A stretch of DNA of 29,867 bases. Origin: Pedosphaera sp. Lineage in GTDB: Bacteria; Verrucomicrobiota; Verrucomicrobiia; Limisphaerales; SIBH01. The notes beneath the pieces were generated by a model. The model saw only the letters and a program-made list of their open reading frames with translations. It did not search any database and was not told the DNA's origin. A program made the translations under genes and the position numbers. The stretch lies in NCBI GenBank assembly GCA_031414955.1, contig JANOQV010000150.1, positions 1-29,867 of the forward strand, written 5' to 3'. This document shows positions 20,534 through 28,568 of this stretch, one piece after another. Within the stretch, counting starts at the first letter, position 1. Each line of letters starts with the position of its first letter.

Positions 20534-21076
20534 ATGAGTAAGAAAAATCCGAAGCTCGACATCACGGGCCATCAAAATGTCATCACCGCTCTTGGCGTCG
20601 CGCGGGCCAAGCAGGACGCGTATCTGAGCACACTGATTGAGCACGAACCGATTCTCGACCCCGAGAACAACGCCAAGGCACACCGCCGCGCCATTGAGCA
20701 AGAAGGGAAAGCTGACCGCATCGTGGAATTGGCCGAGAAGATGAATTCCCTGTCAGGGCCGGGCCTTGCAGCGGCAAAGGCCAGGGCCGAAGGCATCTGC
20801 GGACAGGCGCAACTGGCGCTCAGGGCCACAATGACGCCTCTACTCGACGCGGCGTTTGATGTGCTCGCTGAACTCCGCACGGAAGCGCGCCTCGCTGAGA
20901 GTGAGTTCCTTTGCGAGTTTGGCTTGGCTTACGAAGTCACGGGAGTCAGTCGCCGCCTCGACAAGATGGAGTTCGACCTGAAGAACTTCCGCGATGGGCT
21001 GGCGGTGCATCAGGCTTTCCTGATCTTGGTGCCGAACGCCTTCGCGCACTATCTCGATTGGTTCACTGCCGAGTAA
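20534..21076 (+). CDS. Hypothetical helical protein immediately upstream of the tape measure gene
   Basis: GAGG RBS, helical heptad-like composition and operon position. Confidence 0.75.
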   Translation: MSKKNPKLDITGHQNVITALGVARAKQDAYLSTLIEHEPILDPENNAKAHRRAIEQEGKADRIVELAEKMNSLSGPGLAAAKARAEGICGQAQLALRATMTPLLDAAFDVLAELRTEARLAESEFLCEFGLAYEVTGVSRRLDKMEFDLKNFRDGLAVHQAFLILVPNAFAHYLDWFTAE

Positions 21077-21103
21077 TCGGATCAACACTCAATCGGTTGA
21101 CAC

Positions 21104-23545
21104 ATGAGCAACGTCATCGAAGCAAAGCTGAAGCTGTCGGGTCTGGCGCAGACGGAGGCGGGCTTGCGTTCGTTGGGTCACTCGCTCGACGTGCTGAAGC
21201 ACAGCGCGTTTGGCGGAGTGGCGGCGTTGAGCGTGGTTGGTCTGTTCGAGTTCGTTAAGTACGCGGCGATTGCGGCGGACACCGTGGGCGACGTGGCGGA
21301 GGCGTTGGGAACCACGTCAGAGGCGATGTCGCAACTCGAGTACGCGGCGAAGCTGTCCATCGACGAGCTTCGGGTGTTCGGGCGCTTCTTCTCGTCGTGG
21401 CAATCGGAACACGGGCAGGGTGGAACGGGACTGACGGAGGGGTTGATCCAGACGGCGGAACTTTTCCAGAAAATCCCGGACGGCGCGGACAAGGCGAGCA
21501 TCGCGGTGGAGCGTTTCGGGCGGAGTGGTCTGGAAATGATCGAGTTCCTGAACAAGGGACCGGAGGAAGTTCGCCGGCTGTTGAACGAGGCGGGACGGTA
21601 TGGGTTGGTGAGTGAGGAAGCCTCGAAGCGGTCGGATGCGTTTGAGACTTCGACCAAGCATCTGACGTACGCGCAGAAGCAGCTTTCGATTCAGATCGGG
21701 CAGGTGTTCATCCCGAGGATGAAGGCGCTGGTGGATGCCACGACGGAGGCGGCGGGAGGTTTCACGCGGTTGCTCCAGGGTTCGGAAGCAGCACGCGGCG
21801 GCTTCGAGGCACTGAGTTACGCGGCAGTGGCGGCGGCGGCGGCGGTAGCGGTGAAAAAGGTTGGGGCGTTGACTGGGTTCGCGGCGGCGGCAGGGACAGC
21901 AGCCAAGGCCATCGGAGTTCTCGGCGCTGGCGTGGTGGGTTGGATCGGTGGCAGGGCGCTCGGCAGCGTCGAGTTGTTCGGGAAGTCCATCAACGACCAT
22001 GTGGTTGCAACGATTGTCGCCGCGCAACTGGCGTGGGAGAAGTTGAAGGCGAGCATGGGCGCGGACAACGGCGCGTTCATCGCACAGTTGGAGGAAGAAC
22101 TTTCCAAGCTGTTGTTCAAAACCGCCGAGGCGGTTTCGCCAGAGGCACGCGGCGTGAAGACGGGTCTGCTCACTGACGGCGTGAAGTCCAAGCAAGACTT
22201 CGAGGATCGGATGAAGCTGTTGGCGGTGCAGCAGGATGAAGCGACCAACGAGTCGGCGCTGAATCAGATCGTGATGCGGGGCAATGCGTTGTCCGAAGAA
22301 CGGTGGAAAAACTACCGCGCAGGCGTCGATGGTGTGAGCGCGAAGCTCAAGCTGATCGATGAAGCCGAGCAGAAAACTTTCCTGTCGAAGTCAGAAGCGG
22401 ACGCGCTGCGGCTGAAGGCGAACAAGGAATATCTGGCTCTGCAAAAGCAGGCGTTCGAGCTTAACGCGGATGAGGCCAAGGCCGAGATCAAATCGATCAA
22501 TGATAGAGTGGAGGCGGAGGAACGGTTCGCCGCGCTCCGGATCGAACTCATTCAGAACAGCGACGGGCTTTCCAGTGACGAGAAGCGCCTAGCCATCATC
22601 GACGAACAGAACCGGCTTTACGGGTTCATCGTGGAAAAGGTGCGCTATCTGCGCGAGGGCGTGCAGGGCACCGAGAATCGGGACGTGGGGGAAGCGTTCA
22701 GTTCGGCGGCGGATGCGCTGGATCGAAAGTCGGAGGGCGTGGCCGGTGAGAACGGAAAGACGGAACGGACGCTTCGCACGGAGAACTTGGGCGATCAAAT
22801 GGGGGCGGCGATGAAGCAGCTTCGCGAGGAAGCGGGGACGGTTGCGGAGGCGATTGCACGGACGTTCAAGAATGTGATCGGAGCGGCCATCAGTTCGATT
22901 TCCTCGGGCATCTCGGGATTGATCAAGGGGACAATGACTTGGGGGGAAGTGTTGCTGAACATCGGCACGTCCGTCATGGATGCCTTGATCGACTCGGTTG
23001 TTACCTACGTGATCAAATGGATCACCGGGCACACCGCGATGGAAGCGGCATCGTCCGCTTTGAGCGCGTTGAAAATCTCGCTGGGCTGGGCGGAGAGCGC
23101 GGCGCAAATCGCGGCGAGCGTCGCCACTTTGCCAACGCTCGCGATTCAGGCTGTGCTGGCGGCTATCGGAAGCTACGGCACGGCAGCGGTGGTGGGCATC
23201 GCGCTGCTGGTGGCAGGGCTGGGCGTGGGCATCGCGGCGGCGACGGGGGCGTTTGCGGAGGGCGGCTACACGGGCGGAGGCGGGAAGTATGAGCCTGCCG
23301 GGGTAGTGCATCGCGGCGAGTGGGTTATGCCACAGGAGACGGTGAACCGTTACGGTCTGTCTGGGATGCAGGCGATCCAGGATGGCAGCGCGCCGAGCGG
23401 TGGGGGTCAGGGCGGCGGCAGCAAGGTCACGGTGGCGATCTTCGACGAGCGTTCCAAGTCGCAGATGAAGCAATTCATGGAGGAGCGGGAGTTTGAGGAT
23501 CGGGTGGTTCAGATCGTTGGAAGGAACGGGCACCGACTCGCATGA
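21104..23545 (+). CDS. Phage tail tape measure protein (lambda gpH-like C-terminus)
   Basis: 813 aa, Ala/Gly-rich and helical, with a TMP core (GDVAEALGTTSEAMSQLEYAAKLS...FGRSGLEMIEFLNKG) and hydrophobic segments. The C-terminal FAEGGYTGGGGKYEPAGVVHRGEWV motif resembles lambda gpH. Confidence 0.88.
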   Translation: MSNVIEAKLKLSGLAQTEAGLRSLGHSLDVLKHSAFGGVAALSVVGLFEFVKYAAIAADTVGDVAEALGTTSEAMSQLEYAAKLSIDELRVFGRFFSSWQSEHGQGGTGLTEGLIQTAELFQKIPDGADKASIAVERFGRSGLEMIEFLNKGPEEVRRLLNEAGRYGLVSEEASKRSDAFETSTKHLTYAQKQLSIQIGQVFIPRMKALVDATTEAAGGFTRLLQGSEAARGGFEALSYAAVAAAAAVAVKKVGALTGFAAAAGTAAKAIGVLGAGVVGWIGGRALGSVELFGKSINDHVVATIVAAQLAWEKLKASMGADNGAFIAQLEEELSKLLFKTAEAVSPEARGVKTGLLTDGVKSKQDFEDRMKLLAVQQDEATNESALNQIVMRGNALSEERWKNYRAGVDGVSAKLKLIDEAEQKTFLSKSEADALRLKANKEYLALQKQAFELNADEAKAEIKSINDRVEAEERFAALRIELIQNSDGLSSDEKRLAIIDEQNRLYGFIVEKVRYLREGVQGTENRDVGEAFSSAADALDRKSEGVAGENGKTERTLRTENLGDQMGAAMKQLREEAGTVAEAIARTFKNVIGAAISSISSGISGLIKGTMTWGEVLLNIGTSVMDALIDSVVTYVIKWITGHTAMEAASSALSALKISLGWAESAAQIAASVATLPTLAIQAVLAAIGSYGTAAVVGIALLVAGLGVGIAAATGAFAEGGYTGGGGKYEPAGVVHRGEWVMPQETVNRYGLSGMQAIQDGSAPSGGGQGGGSKVTVAIFDERSKSQMKQFMEEREFEDRVVQIVGRNGHRLA

Positions 23546-23892
23546 AGAACAACGCACAGCATCAACTTTACGCTTTCGGCTACAACGTCCGCCCGACGCC
23601 AAAGCACCCGGCATTTGGAGAAATCCAAACCGCCGTGTTGTGGGTGTTCATGGTGGGTGATCCCGGAATCACCGTCGCGAACTACCGGGCAAGCAGCCCG
23701 TTCAAGATCTCCGTGTTCGCCATCCCGACGCACCTGTACGAGATGGTGAACGACGTTGTTGGCTTCAACACGATCAAGGATGGCGAACGGCTCAAGCCCA
23801 AGGCGGCAGACAAGGCTGCGGACGCGGCGCGAGTGGTAGGAGTTGGCTTCTATCTGAACTGCGCTCCGGGATCAGTAATCACGCCAGACTAG
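23542..23892 (+). CDS. Hypothetical protein
   Basis: ATGA-coupled to the TMP stop and followed by a GC hairpin at ~23901-23927. Confidence 0.65.
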   Translation: MKNNAQHQLYAFGYNVRPTPKHPAFGEIQTAVLWVFMVGDPGITVANYRASSPFKISVFAIPTHLYEMVNDVVGFNTIKDGERLKPKAADKAADAARVVGVGFYLNCAPGSVITPD

Positions 23893-24000
23893 AAATGATT
23901 TTCCCGCGCGCCTGTCGCGCGGGGGAAGCCCGGTGCGGTCACTCAGTCATCAGCCCGCCAGTCGAGAGTGGCCACAACATATTGCACCGGGCACTCTTTG

Positions 24001-24035
24001 AAACGAAACGGCCCCGGAGTGATGTCCGGGGCCGT
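24001..24035 (-). terminator. Intrinsic terminator between convergent transcription units
   Basis: ACGGCCCCGGA (24008-24018) pairs with TCCGGGGCCGT (24025-24035), with a T-rich tail on the minus strand. Confidence 0.7.
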
Positions 24036-24055
24036 GCGCTTCCTGTGTCTCTGGT

Positions 24056-24430
24056 TTACTGTGCGGCGGGCGCTGGGGCGTAACCGATCACCATATGGCG
24101 CATCGCCACACAGGCACGGTATCCCATATCGTCACCGGCTTCGTGCGTCGTGACTCTGGCGCAGTTGTCGAGCAACCAGCGGTAGAAGTTCAGGGCGGAT
24201 TGCGTGGTGGTTCGCCCCAGCCGGGCCGGTGCCTCGCTGAGCGTCAGATACATCACCCCACGGCGCGTGGCGATGATTTCACCGCCAGGGGTCGTAACGA
24301 CGGGCTGAAGCCCTTGGCGGCGACACTGGCGAAGCGCGGCGCGTTCCTGTGGGGTTTGCGTGGTGGGAGTTCTGCCGGGCAACTGGCGGTTGAACCGTTC
24401 AACGGACACTGACTTCTTAATGGTCTTCAT
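24056..24430 (-). CDS. Hypothetical protein
   Basis: Start at MKTIKKS after an A-rich leader. A terminator follows the stop and a promoter-like TACAAT lies upstream. Confidence 0.55.
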   Translation of the reverse strand: MKTIKKSVSVERFNRQLPGRTPTTQTPQERAALRQCRRQGLQPVVTTPGGEIIATRRGVMYLTLSEAPARLGRTTTQSALNFYRWLLDNCARVTTHEAGDDMGYRACVAMRHMVIGYAPAPAAQ

Positions 24431-24639
24431 AGCTTTCTGTTTGTTCGTGCGACTTCCTGCCGGGAACATCCCGGAGGTTACATCGCGGCCAGTCATACTT
24501 AACTGACTAATGACCATTGTAGGTTGGAATGATGTATCTACAACACTAATCAAAGTGGGGACATGTAATTACAAAAACCGTAATTACGTGTAGTTACTCG
24601 CAGAGTATTCCGAGTATTCGGACAACGTGCAATCGGTTG

Positions 24640-25164
24640 TCAGCAGTGGCAGAGTTGCAGGCGTGACTTGAGCTTGAGCAGGTTACTTGTCCGTCCGTGC
24701 TCGTAACGGGTGACAGCCGGGTTGCGGAGCATGAGTCCTTCGCCGTCGCCGTCGAGAACCGAGGCCAGCATGGAGGCCAGCGCGCTCCGGGAGCGGATGG
24801 GTTGCGCGTCCAGCGTGAAGGCGTGCGCGCATCCGGCGAGTTTGGCACTTGCGGCGGCAAGACGCTCAGGATAGCCGCCCATGACACCGGGGGCATCGAA
24901 CACGGGGAAGGAGCAACGGCGCGTCCAGCGGCCATACTGCACGGCGGCGCGGGCTTCCTCAAAGCGTCCACGGCCACACCACACGCCACCATCCAGAGCG
25001 AAGCCTTGGGGCAGACCAGCCGTCAACCATGCCGGGGCCGCGATGGCGTTGCCGTCGCGTGTCCAGAGCTGGCGACCGTCCCAGTAGGCGCGCACGTCTT
25101 CCACCTTTTCCGTGGCGAGCCAGCCGATCACGCGCTGGCCCGCGTAATCGGTGCCGAGTGTCAT
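24640..25164 (-). CDS. ATP-dependent DNA ligase adenylation domain only, with degenerate motifs (possibly a pseudogene)
   Basis: GWLATEKVEDVRAYWDG (motif I, canonical EKLDG), ALDGGVW (motif III, canonical DGELW), VFDAP, GEGLMLR and LLKLK. It stops before the OB domain. Confidence 0.8.
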   Translation of the reverse strand: MTLGTDYAGQRVIGWLATEKVEDVRAYWDGRQLWTRDGNAIAAPAWLTAGLPQGFALDGGVWCGRGRFEEARAAVQYGRWTRRCSFPVFDAPGVMGGYPERLAAASAKLAGCAHAFTLDAQPIRSRSALASMLASVLDGDGEGLMLRNPAVTRYEHGRTSNLLKLKSRLQLCHC

Positions 25165-25183
25165 GGAGGATTCGTTGATCAAA

Positions 25184-26527
25184 TCAGCCCTCCGCCTGTT
25201 GCAACGTCGGCATTTCCTCGTCACCGGACGGGACGATGCTGAACCACACGTCCGCTTGCTTGCGTGTAACGAGTTCCCGGTAGTGCTGGAAAATCATCGT
25301 GGGGCTGTTGCCGGCTTCCAGCGCAACCTGATTCACGTTCTGAGTCTGGGCTACCCGGTACGAGATGAACGAGTGTCGCAGGCCGTTGTCTTTCAGCTTC
25401 ATGGCTTCAACCGTGGCACTGCCCGTCGCCGCGGCTACCTCGCGGAGTCGCTGATGGAAGTAAGCGTGCCCGAGTTCCCACACCAAGCCGGACTTCTGCG
25501 CTATCGGTGTCAGCCACGTCGCCAGATTGTCCGTGATCGGAACCACGCGCCGGGAGGCAGTCTTGGCCTTGCCCGCCTTCACTTCGATGAACCGCTCGGC
25601 AAGGTTCACTTCGCTCCAGTCGAGCCGCTCAATCTCCGCGCTCCGCAGGCCGGCGAACGCACCGATGACGAACACCGGCAAAATATCATCGTCCGCAGCC
25701 TGCAACAGCCGGTCAATCTCACCCGTGCTGTAGATTTCGATCTCACCACCCTTGTCCTTCACCGGCTCGATTCCGCTCAAGTCGTCGTGATCGAACGGCA
25801 GGAGCCTGCGCGCCTTTGCGAATTCAAACAGCCGGTTGATCGCCCCGAGGTAATTGTTGTGGGAGCGACCAGACAGCGCGTGAGAAGTCGTGCCCTTCCC
25901 ACCGTCTTCGTTCCGCGTGGTTCTGAGGCCAGCGAGGAAGCCGCGCACGTCGTCGGCACTCACTGCGGCAATCGGGCATTGGAACGCATCAGCGAACTTG
26001 CCCGCCCGATGCTCCAAATCCTGAATGTAGCGGTCGCTCAACTTTCGGGCGTGTGCGTCGGCGATCAACATGTCGTAAACTTCAGTGACACTCTTGTTCA
26101 CCGCGATCTTGGCGTGGCGCTTCTGATAATACTTTGCGGCTTCGATCACCAAATCCCCACCGAGGATCTTCACTGCTTCGGCGAAGTGGCGCGCCGCGAT
26201 GGGGAGCGCGATGCCAGTGGGCTTCACCAACTCGACCGAATGCAGGTAGTCCGTCGCGTCCCGGTTCGTCATCACATGAGCCGCCACGTCGCCCCGTGCG
26301 AGTTGGGTCGCAATCTTCGCGGCAGCGGCCCTGGCTTCCTGTTCGTCCGCGAACGTGCGGAGCTTGCGCTTCCCGCTGCTGTAGTCGGCAACTTGGAAGT
26401 GGATGCGCCTCACTTTGGTTCCGTCTTTGAGGCTGGAGTTCGCTTGGACGCGGTAGATTTTGACGGTGATATTCCCGTTGTCCGGTGACTGGATTACTAT
26501 CGGTTTTGGCTTCGATTTCTGTTTCAT
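25184..26527 (-). CDS. Tyrosine recombinase/integrase
   Basis: FAGLRSAEI, KAKT, NGLRHSFISY and AGNSPTMIFQHY catalytic motifs, with an N-terminal arm-binding region. It lies adjacent to the tRNA att. Confidence 0.95.
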   Translation of the reverse strand: MKQKSKPKPIVIQSPDNGNITVKIYRVQANSSLKDGTKVRRIHFQVADYSSGKRKLRTFADEQEARAAAAKIATQLARGDVAAHVMTNRDATDYLHSVELVKPTGIALPIAARHFAEAVKILGGDLVIEAAKYYQKRHAKIAVNKSVTEVYDMLIADAHARKLSDRYIQDLEHRAGKFADAFQCPIAAVSADDVRGFLAGLRTTRNEDGGKGTTSHALSGRSHNNYLGAINRLFEFAKARRLLPFDHDDLSGIEPVKDKGGEIEIYSTGEIDRLLQAADDDILPVFVIGAFAGLRSAEIERLDWSEVNLAERFIEVKAGKAKTASRRVVPITDNLATWLTPIAQKSGLVWELGHAYFHQRLREVAAATGSATVEAMKLKDNGLRHSFISYRVAQTQNVNQVALEAGNSPTMIFQHYRELVTRKQADVWFSIVPSGDEEMPTLQQAEG

Positions 26528-26589
26528 GGGTAGGATTGTCAGGTTTTTGTCAGGTTTTGACAAGACCAACATGAAACCCCTTTAGAAAA

Positions 26590-26664
26590 TGGCGACCCTA
26601 CCGGGAATCGAACCCGGGCTACCTCCGTGAAAGGGAGGTGTCCTAACCGCTAGACCATAGGGTC
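26590..26664 (-). tRNA. tRNA-Glu(TTC)
   Basis: Acceptor stem GACCCTA/TAGGGTC, anticodon arm CCTCC-CTTTCAC-GGAGG, T loop GGTTCGATTCC and encoded CCA. Confidence 0.97.
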
Positions 26665-26798
26665 GTCCGCCCAAGAGCGGCGCAATATAAGCAGCAAGGT
26701 TTTCGTGTCACGCAGAAACTTCCCCGTTGCCGGCCGCCGTTGCACAATGTGGGCCTGCTTGGTGCGCGTGTGCGCCAGCGCCAGCCTGGACATTTGTT

Positions 26799-26826
26799 TT
26801 GACCGCGACACCGCCTTTGCTAGCGT
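26799..26826 (+). promoter_or_regulatory. Promoter of the DAHP synthase leader
   Basis: TTGACC, 16-bp spacer ending in TGc (extended -10), TAGCGT, then the leader ATG 6 nt downstream. Confidence 0.6.
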
Positions 26827-26832
26827 GCGCCC

Positions 26833-26904
26833 ATGTCACGCAGCTTTTGGTTTTATGCCTGGTTTGCCGGCTACTTTAGCCCGGCCAATCTGCGGTTGCG
26901 CTGA
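26833..26904 (+). CDS. Aromatic-amino-acid-rich attenuation leader peptide MSRSFWFYAWFAGYFSPANLRLR
   Basis: 23 codons with 4 Phe, 2 Trp and 2 Tyr within residues 5-15. It lies upstream of a terminator and the DAHP synthase gene. Confidence 0.85.
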   Translation: MSRSFWFYAWFAGYFSPANLRLR

Positions 26905-26923
26905 CCCTCGAAACGTCAACCTG

Positions 26924-26950
26924 CCGCGGGTCGCCACCTGCGGATTTTTG
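26924..26950 (+). terminator. Attenuator terminator
   Basis: CCGCGGGT-CGCC-ACCTGCGG followed by ATTTTTG, located between the leader stop and the aroF start. Confidence 0.75.
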
Positions 26951-26984
26951 TGACGACGACCTCCGGCCAACACTCAGCAAAAAC

Positions 26985-28001
26985 ATGATCATCGTTCTCA
27001 AACCGGACACTTCAAAAAAAGACGAAGCCGCCGTGCTTCGTGAAATTCGCAAGCTCGGCTATAAGCCGCACGTCATGCGCGGCGTGGAGCGCGTCGTCAT
27101 CGGGGCCATCGGCGACGAGCGCACGCACGCCAATCTCGAAACCCTTACTACTTGGCCCCAGGTCGAGCGCGTCATGCCTGTGCAAAAGCGCCACAAGTTA
27201 GTCAGCCGCGAGGCCCACGAGGGTAACTCCACCATCACGCTGCCCAACGGGACGGTCATCGGGGGCCAAAAGTTTGTGGTCATGGCCGGGCCCTGCTCGG
27301 TTGAGAGCGAGAAGCAATTACTTACTACGGCCGAGGCCGTGGCCAAAGCCGGTGCCACGGTCTTGCGAGGCGGAGCCTTCAAGCCGCGCACCTCGCCGTA
27401 TGAATTCCAAGGACTCGGCGAGAAGGGTTTGAAGATGCTGGCCAAGGCGCGCAAGCAAACTGGTCTCGCCGTCATCACCGAGCTCCTTTCCGAGCAACAC
27501 GCTGAGATGGTCGCGGAATACGCCGACATTTTGCAAATCGGCGCGCGCAACGCGCAGAATTTCCAACTGCTGATCGCCGCCGCCCGAACCGGCAAGCCGG
27601 TGCTGCTCAAGCGTGGTCTCTCCATGAAAATCGAGGAATGGCTGCTGGCTGGCGAATACATCCTCGCCCACGACAACGCAGGCCTGATGTTCTGCGAACG
27701 CGGCATTCGCACTTTCGAAACGTATACGCGAAACACTCTCGATCTCTCGACCATTCCCATCATCAAGAAGGAATCGCACTGCCCCATCATCATCGACCCG
27801 AGCCAGGGGGCGGGTAAGGCCGACCTCGTGGCCGCCATGAGCAAAGGCGCCGCCGCCATGGGGGCCGACGCGCTGCTCATTGAAGTGCATCCCAATCCGG
27901 CCGAAGCCTGGAGCGACGGCGCGCAGCAACTGACCCTCGAAGGCTTCGCGAAACTGATGACTGACCTGAAACCATTCATTGCGGCGGCGGGCCGGGAGTA
28001 G
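26985..28001 (+). CDS. aroF: DAHP synthase, type I-beta with an N-terminal ferredoxin/ACT-like regulatory domain
   Basis: AGPCSVES, LRGGAFKPRTSPY, QIGARNAQNF, LLKRG, CERGIRTFE and IEVHPNP motifs. Confidence 0.95.
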   Translation: MIIVLKPDTSKKDEAAVLREIRKLGYKPHVMRGVERVVIGAIGDERTHANLETLTTWPQVERVMPVQKRHKLVSREAHEGNSTITLPNGTVIGGQKFVVMAGPCSVESEKQLLTTAEAVAKAGATVLRGGAFKPRTSPYEFQGLGEKGLKMLAKARKQTGLAVITELLSEQHAEMVAEYADILQIGARNAQNFQLLIAAARTGKPVLLKRGLSMKIEEWLLAGEYILAHDNAGLMFCERGIRTFETYTRNTLDLSTIPIIKKESHCPIIIDPSQGAGKADLVAAMSKGAAAMGADALLIEVHPNPAEAWSDGAQQLTLEGFAKLMTDLKPFIAAAGRE

Positions 28002-28282
28002 TTCGCCACAACGGGCCTGTTTCTCTGGGCCGGAATCGCGAAGCGGGAGCGGCAAGTCCAAGCTCAATGATGACGATCTATCGAGCTGGATCGGCATGTG
28101 TCTATGCTCCCAGCATCAAGCCCTTCACCCTGTTGCGACCAACACGAACGAACTCCAGCACCCGCCTTGCACCAAGGTGATCGATCATCAACCAGGCCGT
28201 TTTGGTGCCAGTTTTGGGTAAAACAAATTGGCTGCTTGCGCTCGGTTGGAACCGGCTGCTAGGTTCCGCGCCTCTTTCGGTG

Positions 28283-28367
28283 GCCCACGTGGCGGAATTG
28301 GCAGACGCGCTAGATTCAGGTTCTAGTGAGTAACATCGTACAGGTTCAAGTCCTGTCGTGGGCACCA
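28283..28367 (+). tRNA. tRNA-Leu(CAG)
   Basis: Acceptor stem GCCCACG/CGTGGGC, anticodon arm CTAGA-TTCAGGT-TCTAG, long variable arm, GGTTCAAGTCC and CCA. Confidence 0.96.
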
Positions 28368-28568
28368 TCTTCAGATTAGTCAATGAAATCAGCACTTCCC
28401 TCCCGATAAGGCCAAGCGAGTGCCCGTTGGCATAACAGCCTCGCATAACAAATTCAAAATCGTTCAACCGCGTTCAAGCCTGTCACTACTGCTTCGGCCG
28501 CTCCGTTAAATGAGCCATTGCAGGTCAGACTCCGGCCCTCAACAACTCCCTGTCCACCAATCTGTCTC

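Larger units (their letters stand above)
16018..26615. mobile_element. ~10.6-kb integrative phage-satellite-like element inserted in the tRNA-Glu 3' end
   Basis: Direct repeat AAAATGGCGACCCTACCGGGAATCGAACCC (30 bp) at 16018-16047 and 26586-26615. It encloses an integrase, Xis-like, Rep, DnaC-like and tape measure genes. Confidence 0.93.

Noticed and set aside
20705..20711. GGGAAAG, the lambda G-T tail-chaperone slippery heptamer, in the gene upstream of the TMP
   Set aside because: It is read as GGG AAA G in the ORF, not in the G GGA AAG phase needed for -1 slippage, and it lies mid-gene.
25151..26488. 445-aa plus-strand ORF, and similar long antisense ORFs (3557-4702, 12938-14158, 14023-15252, 22589-23614)
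   Set aside because: They are shadow ORFs opposite well-supported genes in GC-rich DNA with no recognisable motifs. Only the last ~70 codons of 3557-4702 are real, being the IS transposase N-terminus.
16018..26615. Calling the element a complete prophage or an ICE
   Set aside because: No capsid, terminase, portal or lysis genes, and no relaxase or T4SS genes, are recognisable between the att sites.
28002..28282. Minus-strand fragment MIDHLGARRVLEFVRVGRNRVKGL as a gene remnant
   Set aside because: It is too short and the resemblance to any family is too weak. The ORF-track version overlaps tRNA-Leu.
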